Positions 18,245 to 28,004 of a stretch of DNA of 34,489 bases are shown here, piece after piece. Location: assembly GCA_046758305.1 (NCBI GenBank), contig JBHHZW010000002.1:1-34489 (forward strand), read 5' to 3'. Numbering within the stretch: the stretch's first letter is position 1; each line of letters starts with the position of its first letter. Under the pieces are notes generated by a model. That model saw nothing but the letters and a program-made list of their open reading frames with translations, searched no databases and was not told the origin of the DNA. Position numbers and translations under genes: made by a program. Source of the stretch: Bacteroidota bacterium (GTDB taxonomy: Bacteria; Bacteroidota; Ignavibacteria; UBA10030; JAZGDE01).

Positions 18245-18967
18245 TCAGCTCAGCGGCACAATGACCAGCTGCTTGTCGTTCGCTTCCATTGTTTCACTTC
18301 CTTCAAACACGATTGGGACCACCGTGATCGATCGCACCGACTTCATCTTGCGTATGACCTGGAATTCTCGTTCGAGCTCACCGCCTTTCCATGCAATCAG
18401 CGAACCTACCGGCACGCGAAAGCGATGGCCGGTACTCAGCTGTGGTCCTCGACTGGCGGACTCACCATACTTCCTCAGAAACGGCGCACTCCATTTCACT
18501 AGATCCTTGAGTCGTCCCACTGCCCGGCATAGCACGTAATCATACGATGAATGAAACTGGTTTTTCTTCCCCAGATCTTCTGCGCGGCCGCAAACGACCT
18601 GCACTTCACTCAACGAGAGCTTCAGGACGATATTGCCCAGAGCAACGGTTTTCTTCTTGATGGAGTCAAGGCAAGTTAACTGAAGACTCTCAAGTACGAT
18701 CTTGATCGGAATGCCTGGCAGTCCACCACCCGCACCGAGGTCAAGCACGCTGGCGGTGGGCGAAAGGTCGAGCTTGAACAGCGCCGCAAGTGAGTGGAGG
18801 ATGTGTCGCTCCCAGATGTTTGGTTCATCTCTCCGTGAAATCAGATTGATTCTCTTATTCCAGTCGAGAAGAAGTTCTACGTATTTCCGGATGAATGTAA
18901 GCTTGTCATCTGAGATCATCAATCCGTTCTTCTGGCAAACAGTTCGGAACCAGACCAACTTATCCAT
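18245..18967 (-). CDS. rsmG: 16S rRNA (guanine527-N7)-methyltransferase
   Basis: WNKRINLIS...HILHSL and LDLGAGGGLPGIPIKI motifs. Sits immediately downstream of mnmG. Confidence 0.9.
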   Translation of the reverse strand: MDKLVWFRTVCQKNGLMISDDKLTFIRKYVELLLDWNKRINLISRRDEPNIWERHILHSLAALFKLDLSPTASVLDLGAGGGLPGIPIKIVLESLQLTCLDSIKKKTVALGNIVLKLSLSEVQVVCGRAEDLGKKNQFHSSYDYVLCRAVGRLKDLVKWSAPFLRKYGESASRGPQLSTGHRFRVPVGSLIAWKGGELEREFQVIRKMKSVRSITVVPIVFEGSETMEANDKQLVIVPLS

Positions 18968-19032
18968 TGCTGCTGATGATCTAAACTGCTGTTTTCATTG
19001 AACTTAATTGGTATTTTTTCACGTGAAACATC

Positions 19033-20934
19033 TCATCCTTTCAGATACACCATCACGATGGAGACATCGGCAGGCGTAACGCCGCTGATGCGGGAAGCCT
19101 GGCCGATCGATCGTGGGCGGACGCGATTGAGCTTTTCTCTTCCTTCGGTGGAGAGCGACTTCACCCGATTGAAATCAAAATTCTCCGGAATGTCGATCGA
19201 CTCGTACCTTTCGAAGCGCTCGATTTGCTCCACCTGCCGTGTAATGTAGCCATCGTACTTCAACTCGATTTCGAGCTGCCTCAAGACATCGCCGCAATCA
19301 AGGCACTTCGCCACAAAGGGCTCTGAGCGCAGGGATTCCTGCCTCAGGAGTTCTTCAACTGTCACGTCCGGACGCTTGATCAAATTGGCCAATTTTTCGT
19401 TTTCCGTCAGCGGGGTGGATCCCACCGACTCCAGATAGACGTTCACGTCGTCGGGACGGATCGAGAAAGACTCTGCAAATCTTATACCTTCCTCCACCAA
19501 CTGTTCTTTCTCTTTGAGTGCTGAATAGACATCATCCGGGATGAGTCCAAACGCCTTTCCGTACTTCATCAAGCGCCGGTCGGCGTTATCCTGCCGCAGG
19601 AGGAGCCTGTATTCAGCCCTCGAGGTGAACATACGATAGGGCTCATCCGTGCTCTTGTTGACGAGGTCGTCGATTAGGACACCGATATAGGCCTGAGACC
19701 GCTTGAGGACAAAGGGCGGTTCACCTTTTACCCTTAGAGCGGCGTTAATACCTGCGACTATGCCTTGACCTGCTGCCTCTTCATATCCGGAGGTACCATT
19801 GATCTGGCCGGCAAAGAAGAGGCCTTCCAAGAGCTTCGTCTCCAGAGTCAGTTCGACCTGATGGGGTGGGAAAAAGTCATACTCCACCGCGTATCCTGGT
19901 CTCAGCATTTTGACGTTTTCTAAGCCAGGAATCGTCTTCAGACCCTCAAACTGGATGTCTTCCGGAAGGCTCGTCGAGAACCCGTTGACATAGACCACGT
20001 TTGTAGTGTATCCCTCCGGTTCGAGGAATATCTGGTGGCGCTCCTTGTCCGCAAAACGCACGATCTTGTCCTCAATGGACGGGCAGTACCGCGGACCGCG
20101 ACCTTTAATAAGGCCGGTGAACATAGGGGACCGGTCAAATCCTTTTCGGAGGATATCGTGGGTCACGCCGTTCGTGTGTGTCAGGTACATCGAGATCTGC
20201 CTTTGGCCGATCTCGGTAGACTGGTGGGAAAATGGCTCGGGCGGGTCATCCGAGTGCTGCTCTTCGACCTTGGTGAGGTCAATGCTATCGATATTAACCC
20301 TTGGCGGGGTTCCAGTCTTCAGTCTACCGCTCACAAAGCCGAACTTCTCGAGACATTCGGTCAGGCCACCGGAGGCCGGCTCTCCGTATCTTCCGCCGGC
20401 ACTACTTTTCAATCCCGTGTGCATCAGTGCACGCAGGAAGGTCCCCGCGCAAATAATGAGCGCTTTACATCGGACAAATGCGCCTTTCGAGGTTTTCACC
20501 CCGGTTAGCTTTCGCCGCCCTGGGACACCGTCAGATTCGCCGTAGATTTCAACAACAGCATCTTCCAGTATCGTAAGGCCTTCCTGTGATTCGACACGCA
20601 TTCTTGCCTGATCGGCGTACCACTGACGGTCATTCTGACACCGTGGTGACCATACTGCCGGACCCTTCGATTTATTCAGCATTCGGAAGTGGATGCCAGT
20701 GGCATCGGCGATTTTCCCCATTTCTCCGCCCAGTGCGTCGACCTCGCGAACCAGGTGCCCTTTCGCGGTCCCTCCGATGGCCGGATTGCACGACATTCTC
20801 CCTATGGCCTTCTTGTCCATCGTCATCAGGAGGGTGCTGCAGCCCATTCGCGCCGTCGCCAGACAGGCTTCAATGCCAGCATGCCCACCACCGAGTACGA
20901 CTACATCATAGTATGCATGGTTATTTGATTCCAT
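19033..20934 (-). CDS. mnmG: tRNA uridine 5-carboxymethylaminomethyl modification enzyme
   Basis: 633 aa with the N-terminal FAD motif [15 protein letters not shown] and GidA-family motifs throughout ([27 protein letters not shown]). Confidence 0.95.
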   Translation of the reverse strand: MESNNHAYYDVVVLGGGHAGIEACLATARMGCSTLLMTMDKKAIGRMSCNPAIGGTAKGHLVREVDALGGEMGKIADATGIHFRMLNKSKGPAVWSPRCQNDRQWYADQARMRVESQEGLTILEDAVVEIYGESDGVPGRRKLTGVKTSKGAFVRCKALIICAGTFLRALMHTGLKSSAGGRYGEPASGGLTECLEKFGFVSGRLKTGTPPRVNIDSIDLTKVEEQHSDDPPEPFSHQSTEIGQRQISMYLTHTNGVTHDILRKGFDRSPMFTGLIKGRGPRYCPSIEDKIVRFADKERHQIFLEPEGYTTNVVYVNGFSTSLPEDIQFEGLKTIPGLENVKMLRPGYAVEYDFFPPHQVELTLETKLLEGLFFAGQINGTSGYEEAAGQGIVAGINAALRVKGEPPFVLKRSQAYIGVLIDDLVNKSTDEPYRMFTSRAEYRLLLRQDNADRRLMKYGKAFGLIPDDVYSALKEKEQLVEEGIRFAESFSIRPDDVNVYLESVGSTPLTENEKLANLIKRPDVTVEELLRQESLRSEPFVAKCLDCGDVLRQLEIELKYDGYITRQVEQIERFERYESIDIPENFDFNRVKSLSTEGREKLNRVRPRSIGQASRISGVTPADVSIVMVYLKG

Positions 20935-20984
20935 ACACGTCGAAAGCGAGTTTCACGTGAAACCTCGGTGTTATGTAAACTTAC

Positions 20985-22385
20985 TTACTTCCCGATGCAG
21001 AATTTTGAAAAGATCGAGTTCAAAATGTCCTCTGTAGTCACTGTCCCTACGATTTCACCGAGAAAATCGAGAGCAGACCGTAGGTCTACTGCAACAAACT
21101 CCCCACTCTGTCCCTCTTCGATCGATCGAAGGGCCAGCCTGAGATGATCTCTAGCTTTCTCGAGCGCTTGCTTATGCCGGCTGTTCGTGACCGTGACGGT
21201 CCCCTCAGAGCTGTCGGTTCTGCCGACAAGAGCTAGATTGACGAACTCCCGGCGAACATCGTCGAGACCCATTCCTCTGAGAGCTGAGATTTTCACTCGT
21301 GGATATCGGCTGAGGAACTGCAATGCCCCGTCGGACTGGCCGTTCGAGACCAGATCCATTTTGTTTTGAACAACCAAGCAACCTGTTTGTTTGCTGTCGA
21401 TCTTGCCCAGAATTCGCTCAATGAGTACACGGTCAGGTTCGCCGACAGGCTGTGAGGCATCGAATACCAACACGAGAATGTCGCAGCTCAAGATCTGATT
21501 TTCTGACCGCCTTACCCCTTCCTGTTCAACGATATCGACCGTTTCCCGAAGGCCGGCGGTATCGACAACCCGAAACAAAACTCCCTCAATATTGAGGCTT
21601 TCCTCGATCACATCACGGGTCGTCCCTGGTATCTCCGTCACGATAGCGCGGTTCTCGTCGAGCAGTGCGTTCAGAAGGCTTGATTTTCCTACGTTTGTGT
21701 TACCGGAGAGCACCACTTTGATGCCCTCGCGGCACAGCTTCCCAAATGAGTAGGAGCGAACCAAGAGGTCGATCTGCGCAATAACGGAGGACAGCCTCCG
21801 CGCGAGCTTCGGCTTATCCATGAACTCGATGTCCTCCTCGACGAAATCCAGCTCTAACTCCAACAGTCCGCACATTTCGATCAGTTCGCTCCGGACCACG
21901 TTGATTCTTTCTGATAACTTTCCCTCAAGCTGGTGCAGGGATGATCGATGCGCCAAGTCGGTGCGCGCCCGAATGAGATCTGCAACCGCCTCTGCTTGGG
22001 ACAGGTCAATGCGACCGTTCAAGAATGCACGCTTGGTGAACTCCCCCGGTTCAGCAAGCCGCCCGCCATTTGCAATAACAGCATCCAAGACCGTCCGCGT
22101 AATCCATGGCCCACCGTGACAGCTTAGCTCCACCACGTCCTCTGCCGTGTAGGAATGCGGTCCTCGAAACACCACCGCGACCACCTCGTCCACCACCTCG
22201 CCCGACTGGTCGATGATATACCCGAAATGCGCTGTGTGCGTCCGCGCCTCGGAAAGTCGCACCTTACCCCGAAATCCGCGATCGGCGACCTCGAGCGCAC
22301 GCTTGCCGCTCAGACGAATCACCGAAATCCCGCCTTCGCCGATCGGCGTCGCGATCGCAGCAATGACATCATCCTGTGATTTCAT
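20985..22385 (-). CDS. mnmE: tRNA modification GTPase
   Basis: DVIAAIATPIGEGGISVIRLSG N-terminus, G-domain GNTNVGKSSLLN and the C-terminal FCIGK. I prefer the ATG at 22385, which has GGAGG 9 nt upstream. The ORF-track start at 22463 adds an implausible 26 aa. Confidence 0.9.
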   Translation of the reverse strand: MKSQDDVIAAIATPIGEGGISVIRLSGKRALEVADRGFRGKVRLSEARTHTAHFGYIIDQSGEVVDEVVAVVFRGPHSYTAEDVVELSCHGGPWITRTVLDAVIANGGRLAEPGEFTKRAFLNGRIDLSQAEAVADLIRARTDLAHRSSLHQLEGKLSERINVVRSELIEMCGLLELELDFVEEDIEFMDKPKLARRLSSVIAQIDLLVRSYSFGKLCREGIKVVLSGNTNVGKSSLLNALLDENRAIVTEIPGTTRDVIEESLNIEGVLFRVVDTAGLRETVDIVEQEGVRRSENQILSCDILVLVFDASQPVGEPDRVLIERILGKIDSKQTGCLVVQNKMDLVSNGQSDGALQFLSRYPRVKISALRGMGLDDVRREFVNLALVGRTDSSEGTVTVTNSRHKQALEKARDHLRLALRSIEEGQSGEFVAVDLRSALDFLGEIVGTVTTEDILNSIFSKFCIGK

Positions 22386-22422
22386 CGCACCCATCCTCCC
22401 GATTGAACAAACAACACAAAAA

Positions 22423-22451
22423 AATCTATCAAAAAAACGCGCGAAAATCAA
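22423..22451 (-). promoter_or_regulatory. Candidate sigma70-type promoter for mnmE
   Basis: On the minus strand: TTGATT (22451-22446), 17-nt spacer, TAGATT (22428-22423). Confidence 0.35.
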
Positions 22452-22551
22452 ACCTCCGCGCACACCTGACGTATACGTATTCGATCACGGCAAGAGGACA
22501 TCCCGCCCTGAATCCTAGACCCCGGGGAGTAAACTCTTCTCAAATTAGCAC

Positions 22552-22580
22552 TTGACAAAAAACATCGTATGTATTATATT
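22552..22580 (+). promoter_or_regulatory. Sigma70-type promoter for arsR-family gene; predicts a leaderless transcript
   Basis: TTGACA (22552-22557), 17-nt spacer, TATATT (22575-22580). The ATG begins 8 nt after the last -10 base, and no SD intervenes. Confidence 0.55.
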
Positions 22581-22595
22581 TAACCATATGGTTAA
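22580..22595. promoter_or_regulatory. Perfect 16-bp palindrome centred on the arsR-family start codon (candidate auto-operator)
   Basis: TTAACCATATGGTTAA equals its own reverse complement. The ATG at 22588-22590 lies at its centre. Confidence 0.5.
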
Positions 22596-22932
22596 CTATT
22601 CTTCAGGCTCTCTCAACGCAACGTTCTCAGCTCTTGCCGACCCAACGCGCCGCGCAATCCTGGCACGACTCGCACGCGGCGAGACCTCAGTGACGAAACT
22701 GGCGAAACCGTTCGATGTGTCCCTCCCCGCCATCTCCAAACACCTGCATGTATTGGAAAACGCAGGACTGATTCGCCGCCAGAAAAAAGGCCGCGTCCAC
22801 CGCTGCCGGTTCGTAGGAGAACCGATGAAAGACGCTGCAATTTGGATTGAACGCTATCGACGTTTCTGGGAAGGTCAATTCGAGGCTCTTGCTGAGTATC
22901 TAGACAAATCCAACGAAAAGGAGAAACCCTGA
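22588..22932 (+). CDS. ArsR/SmtB-family winged-helix transcriptional regulator (no obvious metal-binding Cys motif)
   Basis: ALADPTRRAILARLARGETSVTKLAKPFDVSLPAISKHLHVLENAGLI is the canonical ArsR HTH region. The ORF-track start at 22552 is the TTG of the -35 box, so I prefer the ATG at 22588. Confidence 0.85.
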   Translation: MVNYSSGSLNATFSALADPTRRAILARLARGETSVTKLAKPFDVSLPAISKHLHVLENAGLIRRQKKGRVHRCRFVGEPMKDAAIWIERYRRFWEGQFEALAEYLDKSNEKEKP

Positions 22933-23390
22933 TGACCAAGGCGAATGCTAAAATAGAAACCAGTCTCCAGCTCAAGCGGACCTTCGCAGCGCCGCGGGAG
23001 AGACTATTCCGTGCATGGACAGAGCCCGCAGCATTGAAAAAATGGTTCGCTCCGACAGACGAGTATTCTATGCCCATCGCCCAGGTGGACTTGAGGATCG
23101 GGGGAAATTATCGTTTCGGCATGAAGCCACCTAACACGGATGTTCCCCACGTTGCGTTCGGCACGTTCCGTGAAATCCGAGTCCCGGAGAAGCTCGTATT
23201 CACATGGTCTTGGGAAAATCCGGACTCGAACATCGGAGAAACGCTTGTCACCGTTGAATTCCGCGATTTGGGAGGTTCCACCGAGATCATTCTTACACAT
23301 GATCTCTTCCCTGACGAAAAATCACGTGATGACCACAACAAAGGTTGGACTGGATGCCTCGGCCGGCTCGCCAAGTTGGTGTCAACTTAA
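22932..23390 (+). CDS. SRPBCC-superfamily (Aha1/AHSA1-like) protein
   Basis: 152 aa with R-x-F-x-AP-x-E-x-(L/V)-(F/W)-x-A-W-T-(D/E)-P and a C-terminal GW-x-x-x-L-x-x-L pattern typical of the family. ATGA overlap with the arsR stop; this pairing with ArsR regulators is common. Confidence 0.75.
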   Translation: MTKANAKIETSLQLKRTFAAPRERLFRAWTEPAALKKWFAPTDEYSMPIAQVDLRIGGNYRFGMKPPNTDVPHVAFGTFREIRVPEKLVFTWSWENPDSNIGETLVTVEFRDLGGSTEIILTHDLFPDEKSRDDHNKGWTGCLGRLAKLVST

Positions 23391-23446
23391 GCAATCTGGC
23401 GCACTAGAAACTCAAATTCAACTACATCACAGGAGGAAACTAAACT

Positions 23447-23953
23447 ATGAAGCGACATAGAATATTTCTCTGCTTCGTCGTGCTCACCTTGTTGCACGTA
23501 CGTCCCGCTCTTGCTCAGAGCAAGGCCGAACCGGGATTCGACAAGTTGAAAGCTCTCGCTGGTGAATGGCAGGGCAAGAATCCCGATGGAACACCGCTTC
23601 GACTAACCTACCAGTTATTCTCAGGCGGATCGGCTTTGGTCGAAACCATGGAGCCCGGAGGAGATCATCCAAGCATGATCACCGTCTATCATCTTGACGG
23701 CGACAACTTGATGATGACACATTACTGTTCGGCCCAGAACCAACCCCGAATGCGTGCGAAGCCCGTGGCCAGCAAGGTCAACAAAATTGAGTTTTCCTTC
23801 GTGGATGCCACAAACCTCGCGAATCCGTCTGACGGATGCATGCACAAACTCGTCGTCACCTTCGTCGACGACGATCATATTACACAAGAGTGGACCTTTC
23901 TTGAAGACGACAAGGAATCGCCTTGGAAGTTCGAATTCGAGCGCAACAAGTAA
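23447..23953 (+). CDS. Exported protein of unknown function (possibly DUF1579/lipocalin-like beta-barrel)
   Basis: 168 aa with AGGAGG upstream and a signal peptide (IFLCFVVLTLLHVRPALAQ). No catalytic motif recognised. The family assignment is from memory only. Confidence 0.6.
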   Translation: MKRHRIFLCFVVLTLLHVRPALAQSKAEPGFDKLKALAGEWQGKNPDGTPLRLTYQLFSGGSALVETMEPGGDHPSMITVYHLDGDNLMMTHYCSAQNQPRMRAKPVASKVNKIEFSFVDATNLANPSDGCMHKLVVTFVDDDHITQEWTFLEDDKESPWKFEFERNK

Positions 23954-24117
23954 CGAGAAATCGCTGCACCTACGGGGTAGGCCGTGTGATGCGGACCGCT
24001 CACGTGCACCAGTTGTAGCGCCATCGCCGCCACACGGAGACACCTCTGGCGCTACTGTAAAATTTCCTAGAAGTCGCCAGAAAGAAAATCGAACCTAATC
24101 CGTAATAGAAGGAAACC

Positions 24118-24468
24118 ATGGGCAAGCCTGTCATCCATTGGGAGATCGGAGGGAACGATACTAAGATGCTGCAGGACTTCTACTCCAAACTGTTTGACTG
24201 GAAGGTCGATTCCAACAACCCGATGAACTACGGACTAGCGAACACCGGCGGCGAGGGTGGAATCAATGGCGGAATAGGACCAACCGGTGAGGATAAGAAA
24301 CCATACGTAACCTTCTACGTCCAGGTCGATGATTTGCAGGGGTACCTCAATAGGGCGGAAAAGCTCGGTGGCAAGGTCGTAGTACCGCCGACAGAGATTC
24401 CGAACATCGTGACGTTCGCGCTGTTCACTGATCCCGAGGGCAACCGAATCGGTCTCGTCAAAGGGTAG
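24118..24468 (+). CDS. VOC (glyoxalase/bleomycin-resistance/dioxygenase) family protein
   Basis: 116 aa. The H-W-E-I start, FYSKLFDW, and the GG-x-V...P...F-x-F-x-DPEGN-x-IGL end are typical of small single-domain VOC proteins. Confidence 0.7.
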   Translation: MGKPVIHWEIGGNDTKMLQDFYSKLFDWKVDSNNPMNYGLANTGGEGGINGGIGPTGEDKKPYVTFYVQVDDLQGYLNRAEKLGGKVVVPPTEIPNIVTFALFTDPEGNRIGLVKG

Positions 24469-24613
24469 AGGTAGCATGATTCAACCAGTGTTCTGTTGGC
24501 ATGGCAAAACCTGACATTCGACTGTCTTTGGCCTGTGTTTTACCTCACGAACTTTTCCTTCGTAACTTCAAGAACAGATTGATACCAACGTCCATGAAGA
24601 AAGGAGCCTAAAT

Positions 24614-24811
24614 ATGAAAACTCTATCATGTCGCGATGTTGGCTCTTTTGATTGCGACTTTGTTGCAAAAGGACAAACGGCCGAGGAAGTGAAAAAGGCC
24701 GCGTTTGCCCATGCCGAACAAGTTCACAAGGACGCCTTGCAAAAGATGTCTCCTGAAGATATTAAGGAACATAACGGAGAAAATGGACAGTTTGCTCAAA
24801 TGAACCATTGA
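24614..24811 (+). CDS. DUF1059-family small protein
   Basis: 65 aa with AAAGGAG upstream. The MK-x-x-x-CRD-x-G-x-DC-x-F-x-x-x-G-x-T-x-EE opening matches my recollection of DUF1059. Confidence 0.65.
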   Translation: MKTLSCRDVGSFDCDFVAKGQTAEEVKKAAFAHAEQVHKDALQKMSPEDIKEHNGENGQFAQMNH

Positions 24812-25319
24812 GGTTCTGATCCTTATTGTATCTTCGAACGCTCCGCAATGGGACAGCCAACACCCATGCTTATAGCAGGGGATGTTGTCCGAAAGCCGTA
24901 TCCACCTTTCTTGGACTGAAAGCAGTATCTCGGTTGTGAGAGAATACGATCTGCAGCTGACCCGTTTCTGTTCTCGCAACACCGTTCCGGGTAGTCCTCA
25001 TGAGTACTGCCGGGAAAAAAATTCTTTCAAGTCTGAAAAAGGGGGCAATCTATCGCTACCGCTTCATTTGGCCTGCGAGTAACGGGGTTTTTCTCCATTC
25101 GTGTCCTCAAACCCCAAGTGATCAGAGATACTCACTTACCGCAAGGCTCCGAAAAATCCATCCGTTAGCAGCTCCATATTGCCTCTTACCAGTAAGAAGC
25201 TAAATTTGGGAGAAACCTCCATGCGCCTTTTTTTAACTGTTTCTAACGTTGTTGGGCAAGCTCGCCTCTGCTCGGGGAAGCTCATGGACTCGCAGCAAAC
25301 GTCGATCGCTTGCGCAGCG

Positions 25320-26651
25320 ATGAAAACCGCTTTCGTAAGAATAGCAGTAATCGTTGCCGCTTGCGGCATAATCTGCCCGCAGGCAGCGTTCACCCAACAA
25401 TTCGATCCCCGCAATAATCCTTGGCCTGAGATACGAAAGGCACGGATTGAAAAGCTACTCCCACAAGCGATGGAGCGGGCAGGGATCGAGGCATGGGTGA
25501 TCATCTGTCGTGAGAACAACAATGATCCCCTCGCCCTGCACGTCGGTGCCGAAAATGCTGGTGGTACGGCCGCCTTCCTGTTTTTCCTGCAAAGTGGTCG
25601 TGTGAAATCGGTCGCCATTTCTCCCGTCGGTGAGGCTACCGCCCTGAAACACATTGGCTTGCACGACACTGTAATTGTCTCGGATCGTAGGGGAAACGTG
25701 GGGCAATTGGTTGCAGAGCAACTTCGAGCAGTCAATCCACAAAAGATTGGGATCAATTCGTCGTCGCGAGCCGTGGCAGACGGCCTCTCGTATACCCAAC
25801 GACTACAGCTGGAGAAGGCAATCGGACCTGACTTAACGAAGCGATTAGTCTCGGCTGAGGAGCTTGTCGTCGAATGGCTCTCAGTAAAGCTTCCTGAGGA
25901 GGTAGAAATCCTGCGCAAAGCTGCCGTGATGACTGAGCAGCTCGAACTCGAGGCATACAAAACGGTGGTTCCGGGGAAAACGAAAGATTCCGACGTCGCT
26001 CGATATCTCAAGAATCGGATGAACGAACTCCGAGTGGAAGATGCGTGGGCACCCGAACAGAACCCGAACGTCAACTCCGGTATCGACCGCGGTCACTCGC
26101 ATGCGACCGATCGAGTGATCCACGCGGGTGATTTTATTCAAACCGATTTTGGAATCAAAGTCTATGGAGTGTGGTGCACAGACATCCAACGGTTTGCATA
26201 CGTCCTCGCTCCTGGAGAAACCAAGCCGCCGGCAGAAGCACTCCAGAAATGGGAGAAAGCACGGAATGGCAGCCGCATTGCACTTCAAGCGATGAAACCG
26301 GGTGTCCGCGGCTACGATGTTGACAAGGCCCAGCGAAACTGGATGCGGAACGTTGGCTCGTTGCCTGTCATGTGGAGTACCGGGCATCCCGTTGGATACT
26401 GGGCCCACGACGTAGGCCCAAGCCTTGGTGGTGCTCAGACGCAACGCGAACCTTCGGGTAATGCGTTACGAATTCTGCGGCCCGGACAGACCTTTGCATT
26501 TGACGGATTTTTCAGCTGGCAAGTCGATCATCGGGACAAGAGGGCATCGAAGACGATCTCGGTTGAGGAAATGGCAGTCATCACGGACGAGGGCGCGGAG
26601 TATCTGATCCCGCCGCAGGAGGAGCTCATCCTGATTCCATCAAAGGAGTGA
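25320..26651 (+). CDS. Exported M24-family metallopeptidase (Xaa-Pro aminopeptidase/creatinase-like)
   Basis: Pita-bread-fold metal-ligand contexts (DFIQTDFG, WCTDIQR, GHPVGYWAHD, SVEEM). The start is uncertain. The ATG at 25320 gives a classic signal peptide (MKTAFVRIAVIVAACGIICPQAAF). The ATG at 25221 has GGGAGA upstream but adds a T-ending-codon stretch that looks non-coding. Confidence 0.75.
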   Translation: MKTAFVRIAVIVAACGIICPQAAFTQQFDPRNNPWPEIRKARIEKLLPQAMERAGIEAWVIICRENNNDPLALHVGAENAGGTAAFLFFLQSGRVKSVAISPVGEATALKHIGLHDTVIVSDRRGNVGQLVAEQLRAVNPQKIGINSSSRAVADGLSYTQRLQLEKAIGPDLTKRLVSAEELVVEWLSVKLPEEVEILRKAAVMTEQLELEAYKTVVPGKTKDSDVARYLKNRMNELRVEDAWAPEQNPNVNSGIDRGHSHATDRVIHAGDFIQTDFGIKVYGVWCTDIQRFAYVLAPGETKPPAEALQKWEKARNGSRIALQAMKPGVRGYDVDKAQRNWMRNVGSLPVMWSTGHPVGYWAHDVGPSLGGAQTQREPSGNALRILRPGQTFAFDGFFSWQVDHRDKRASKTISVEEMAVITDEGAEYLIPPQEELILIPSKE

Positions 26652-26689
26652 TTCGCATACGAAGCTGCCAAGGGAACAGCTACGGGGGA

Positions 26690-26698
26690 TAAGGGGCA
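26690..26698. repeat. Left copy of the 9-bp target-site duplication
   Basis: TAAGGGGCA, identical to 27996-28004, directly abutting the IS terminus. Confidence 0.75.
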
Positions 26699-27995
26699 GG
26701 TAATGTCAAGAGTTTTGTGTAAAAGCAGCCGGATGATTCTTCCAGTTGTTGTTTAGCAGTCCAAAGACGTTATGATAGATCCGATCAGCGCTTGCTGGAT
26801 TGACAAAGGTTCCGCCCATCGGCCGAGTCCTGCGTCGCACTTCACGGAAGCTGCGTTCGAGGACATTGGTCGTTCGGATGGACTTCCAGTGTTCTTTGGC
26901 GAAGTCATAATAGGTCAGGCATTCGCGCAAATCTTTCTGGAGGCATTTGACAGCCGCAGGTTCTTCAATCTCCCACTGGCGCTTCCATGTCTTGAAGCGA
27001 TGGATGGCTTCACGTCGTGTGCAGGCTGCGAAGATCAGCTTACACTGGCCCATGAGAGCTTTCCGGTTACGCTTCTTGGCTTTTGCCTGGACGTTGGTCA
27101 TCTTGTGCCAGATGCAACGCTGATGACGTTTGTAGGGGAAGAGACGCTTCAACGTTGCCTTGAGAGCTGGGTTGCCGTCGGTGGTGATGAGCCGTAGGGC
27201 CCTGCCCTTGAGGCCACGGTTCTTCAGATCGATCAAGAACTCGGTCCAGTTGTCTTCAGACTCGGTATCGACCAGATGGAAAGAAAGGAGTTCTTTCTTA
27301 CCATCTTTGGTCATGCCCAAGGCACAGAGCAATACTTTGCGTTCCAGGCCTATTTCCCGGATTTTGTCGTAGATACCGTCAAGGAAGAGATAGTCATAGG
27401 TATCCTCGATGGGCTTTGTTCGATAGTGCTCGAGCTCCTCATCGGTCTTCCGGACAATCGCTGAAACTGTCTGAGCGCTCACCGGGCGACCGGTCAACTG
27501 CTCAGCAATGGCCTTCAACTTATGAGTACTGACACCGTTCAATCCCGCTCTGCGGGACTAACGCCTTATCGACGTCATCCGTCCGCTGCTGGTAGGGAGC
27601 AAACAGGCTATGCATCAGGCCTCCCTGCCGAAACCGAGGCACAAGCAGCTCCTCGATGGCGCCAAACCGTGTCGTCAGGCTTCGCTTGTACATTCCGTTG
27701 CGATACTTCTTCCGACTCCCTGTCCGCTCATACGGACCAGCACCGGCCTGCTCCGTTGCAGCCCGGTCTAAGAGAATCTCGAACATTAGTTTCAAAAGCA
27801 GTGCAACGATCCCCTCAATCGACTCCCAGGTCTGCTGTCGAAGATCCTGCGCTGAGGGGGCTTTCTTTTGATCACGATTCTTGCTACGTTGCTCATGCTG
27901 TTTCATCGGGTGGTCCCTCCGTTATTAGTGTTGGCAAACCTAATATACCGGAAGATCACCCGATTTTCTTTTTACACACAACCTAAGATATTACC
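26699..27995 (-). mobile_element. IS256-family insertion sequence (1297 bp)
   Basis: Terminal imperfect inverted repeats. GGTAATGTCAAGAGTTTTGTGTAAAA (26699-26724) matches the reverse complement of 27970-27995, GGTAATATCTTAGGTTGTGTGTAAAA, at 20 of 26 positions. Flanked by 9-bp direct repeats and encoding an IS256/mutator-type transposase. Confidence 0.8.
26706..27906 (-). pseudogene. IS256/mutator-family transposase split into two frames (128-aa and 278-aa ORFs)
   Basis: The N-terminal ORF 27520..27906 and C-terminal ORF 26706..27542 are both clearly IS256-like (YERTGSRKKYRNG...; LFLDGIY...LITTDGNPAL...QRCIWHK). The downstream frame is +1 relative to the upstream frame. It is open from the TAG at 27560-27558, so the shift must fall in 27540-27557, which contains a CCC run (27554-27556 on plus). 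Confidence 0.75.
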
Positions 27996-28004
27996 TAAGG
28001 GGCA
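27996..28004. repeat. Right copy of the 9-bp target-site duplication
   Basis: TAAGGGGCA, identical to 26690-26698. Confidence 0.75.

Noticed and set aside
25136-26074. 312-aa minus-strand ORF
   Set aside because: It lies entirely antisense to the well-supported M24 peptidase gene. Its composition is low-complexity and Ser/Arg/Ala-rich, with no motif and no SD. It is a typical shadow ORF.
27540-27560. Programmed ribosomal frameshifting in the IS256 transposase
   Set aside because: It is kept only as a minor alternative. The required shift is +1, with no recognisable slippery heptamer or downstream structure, and IS256-family transposases are normally a single ORF. An indel or sequencing error is more likely.
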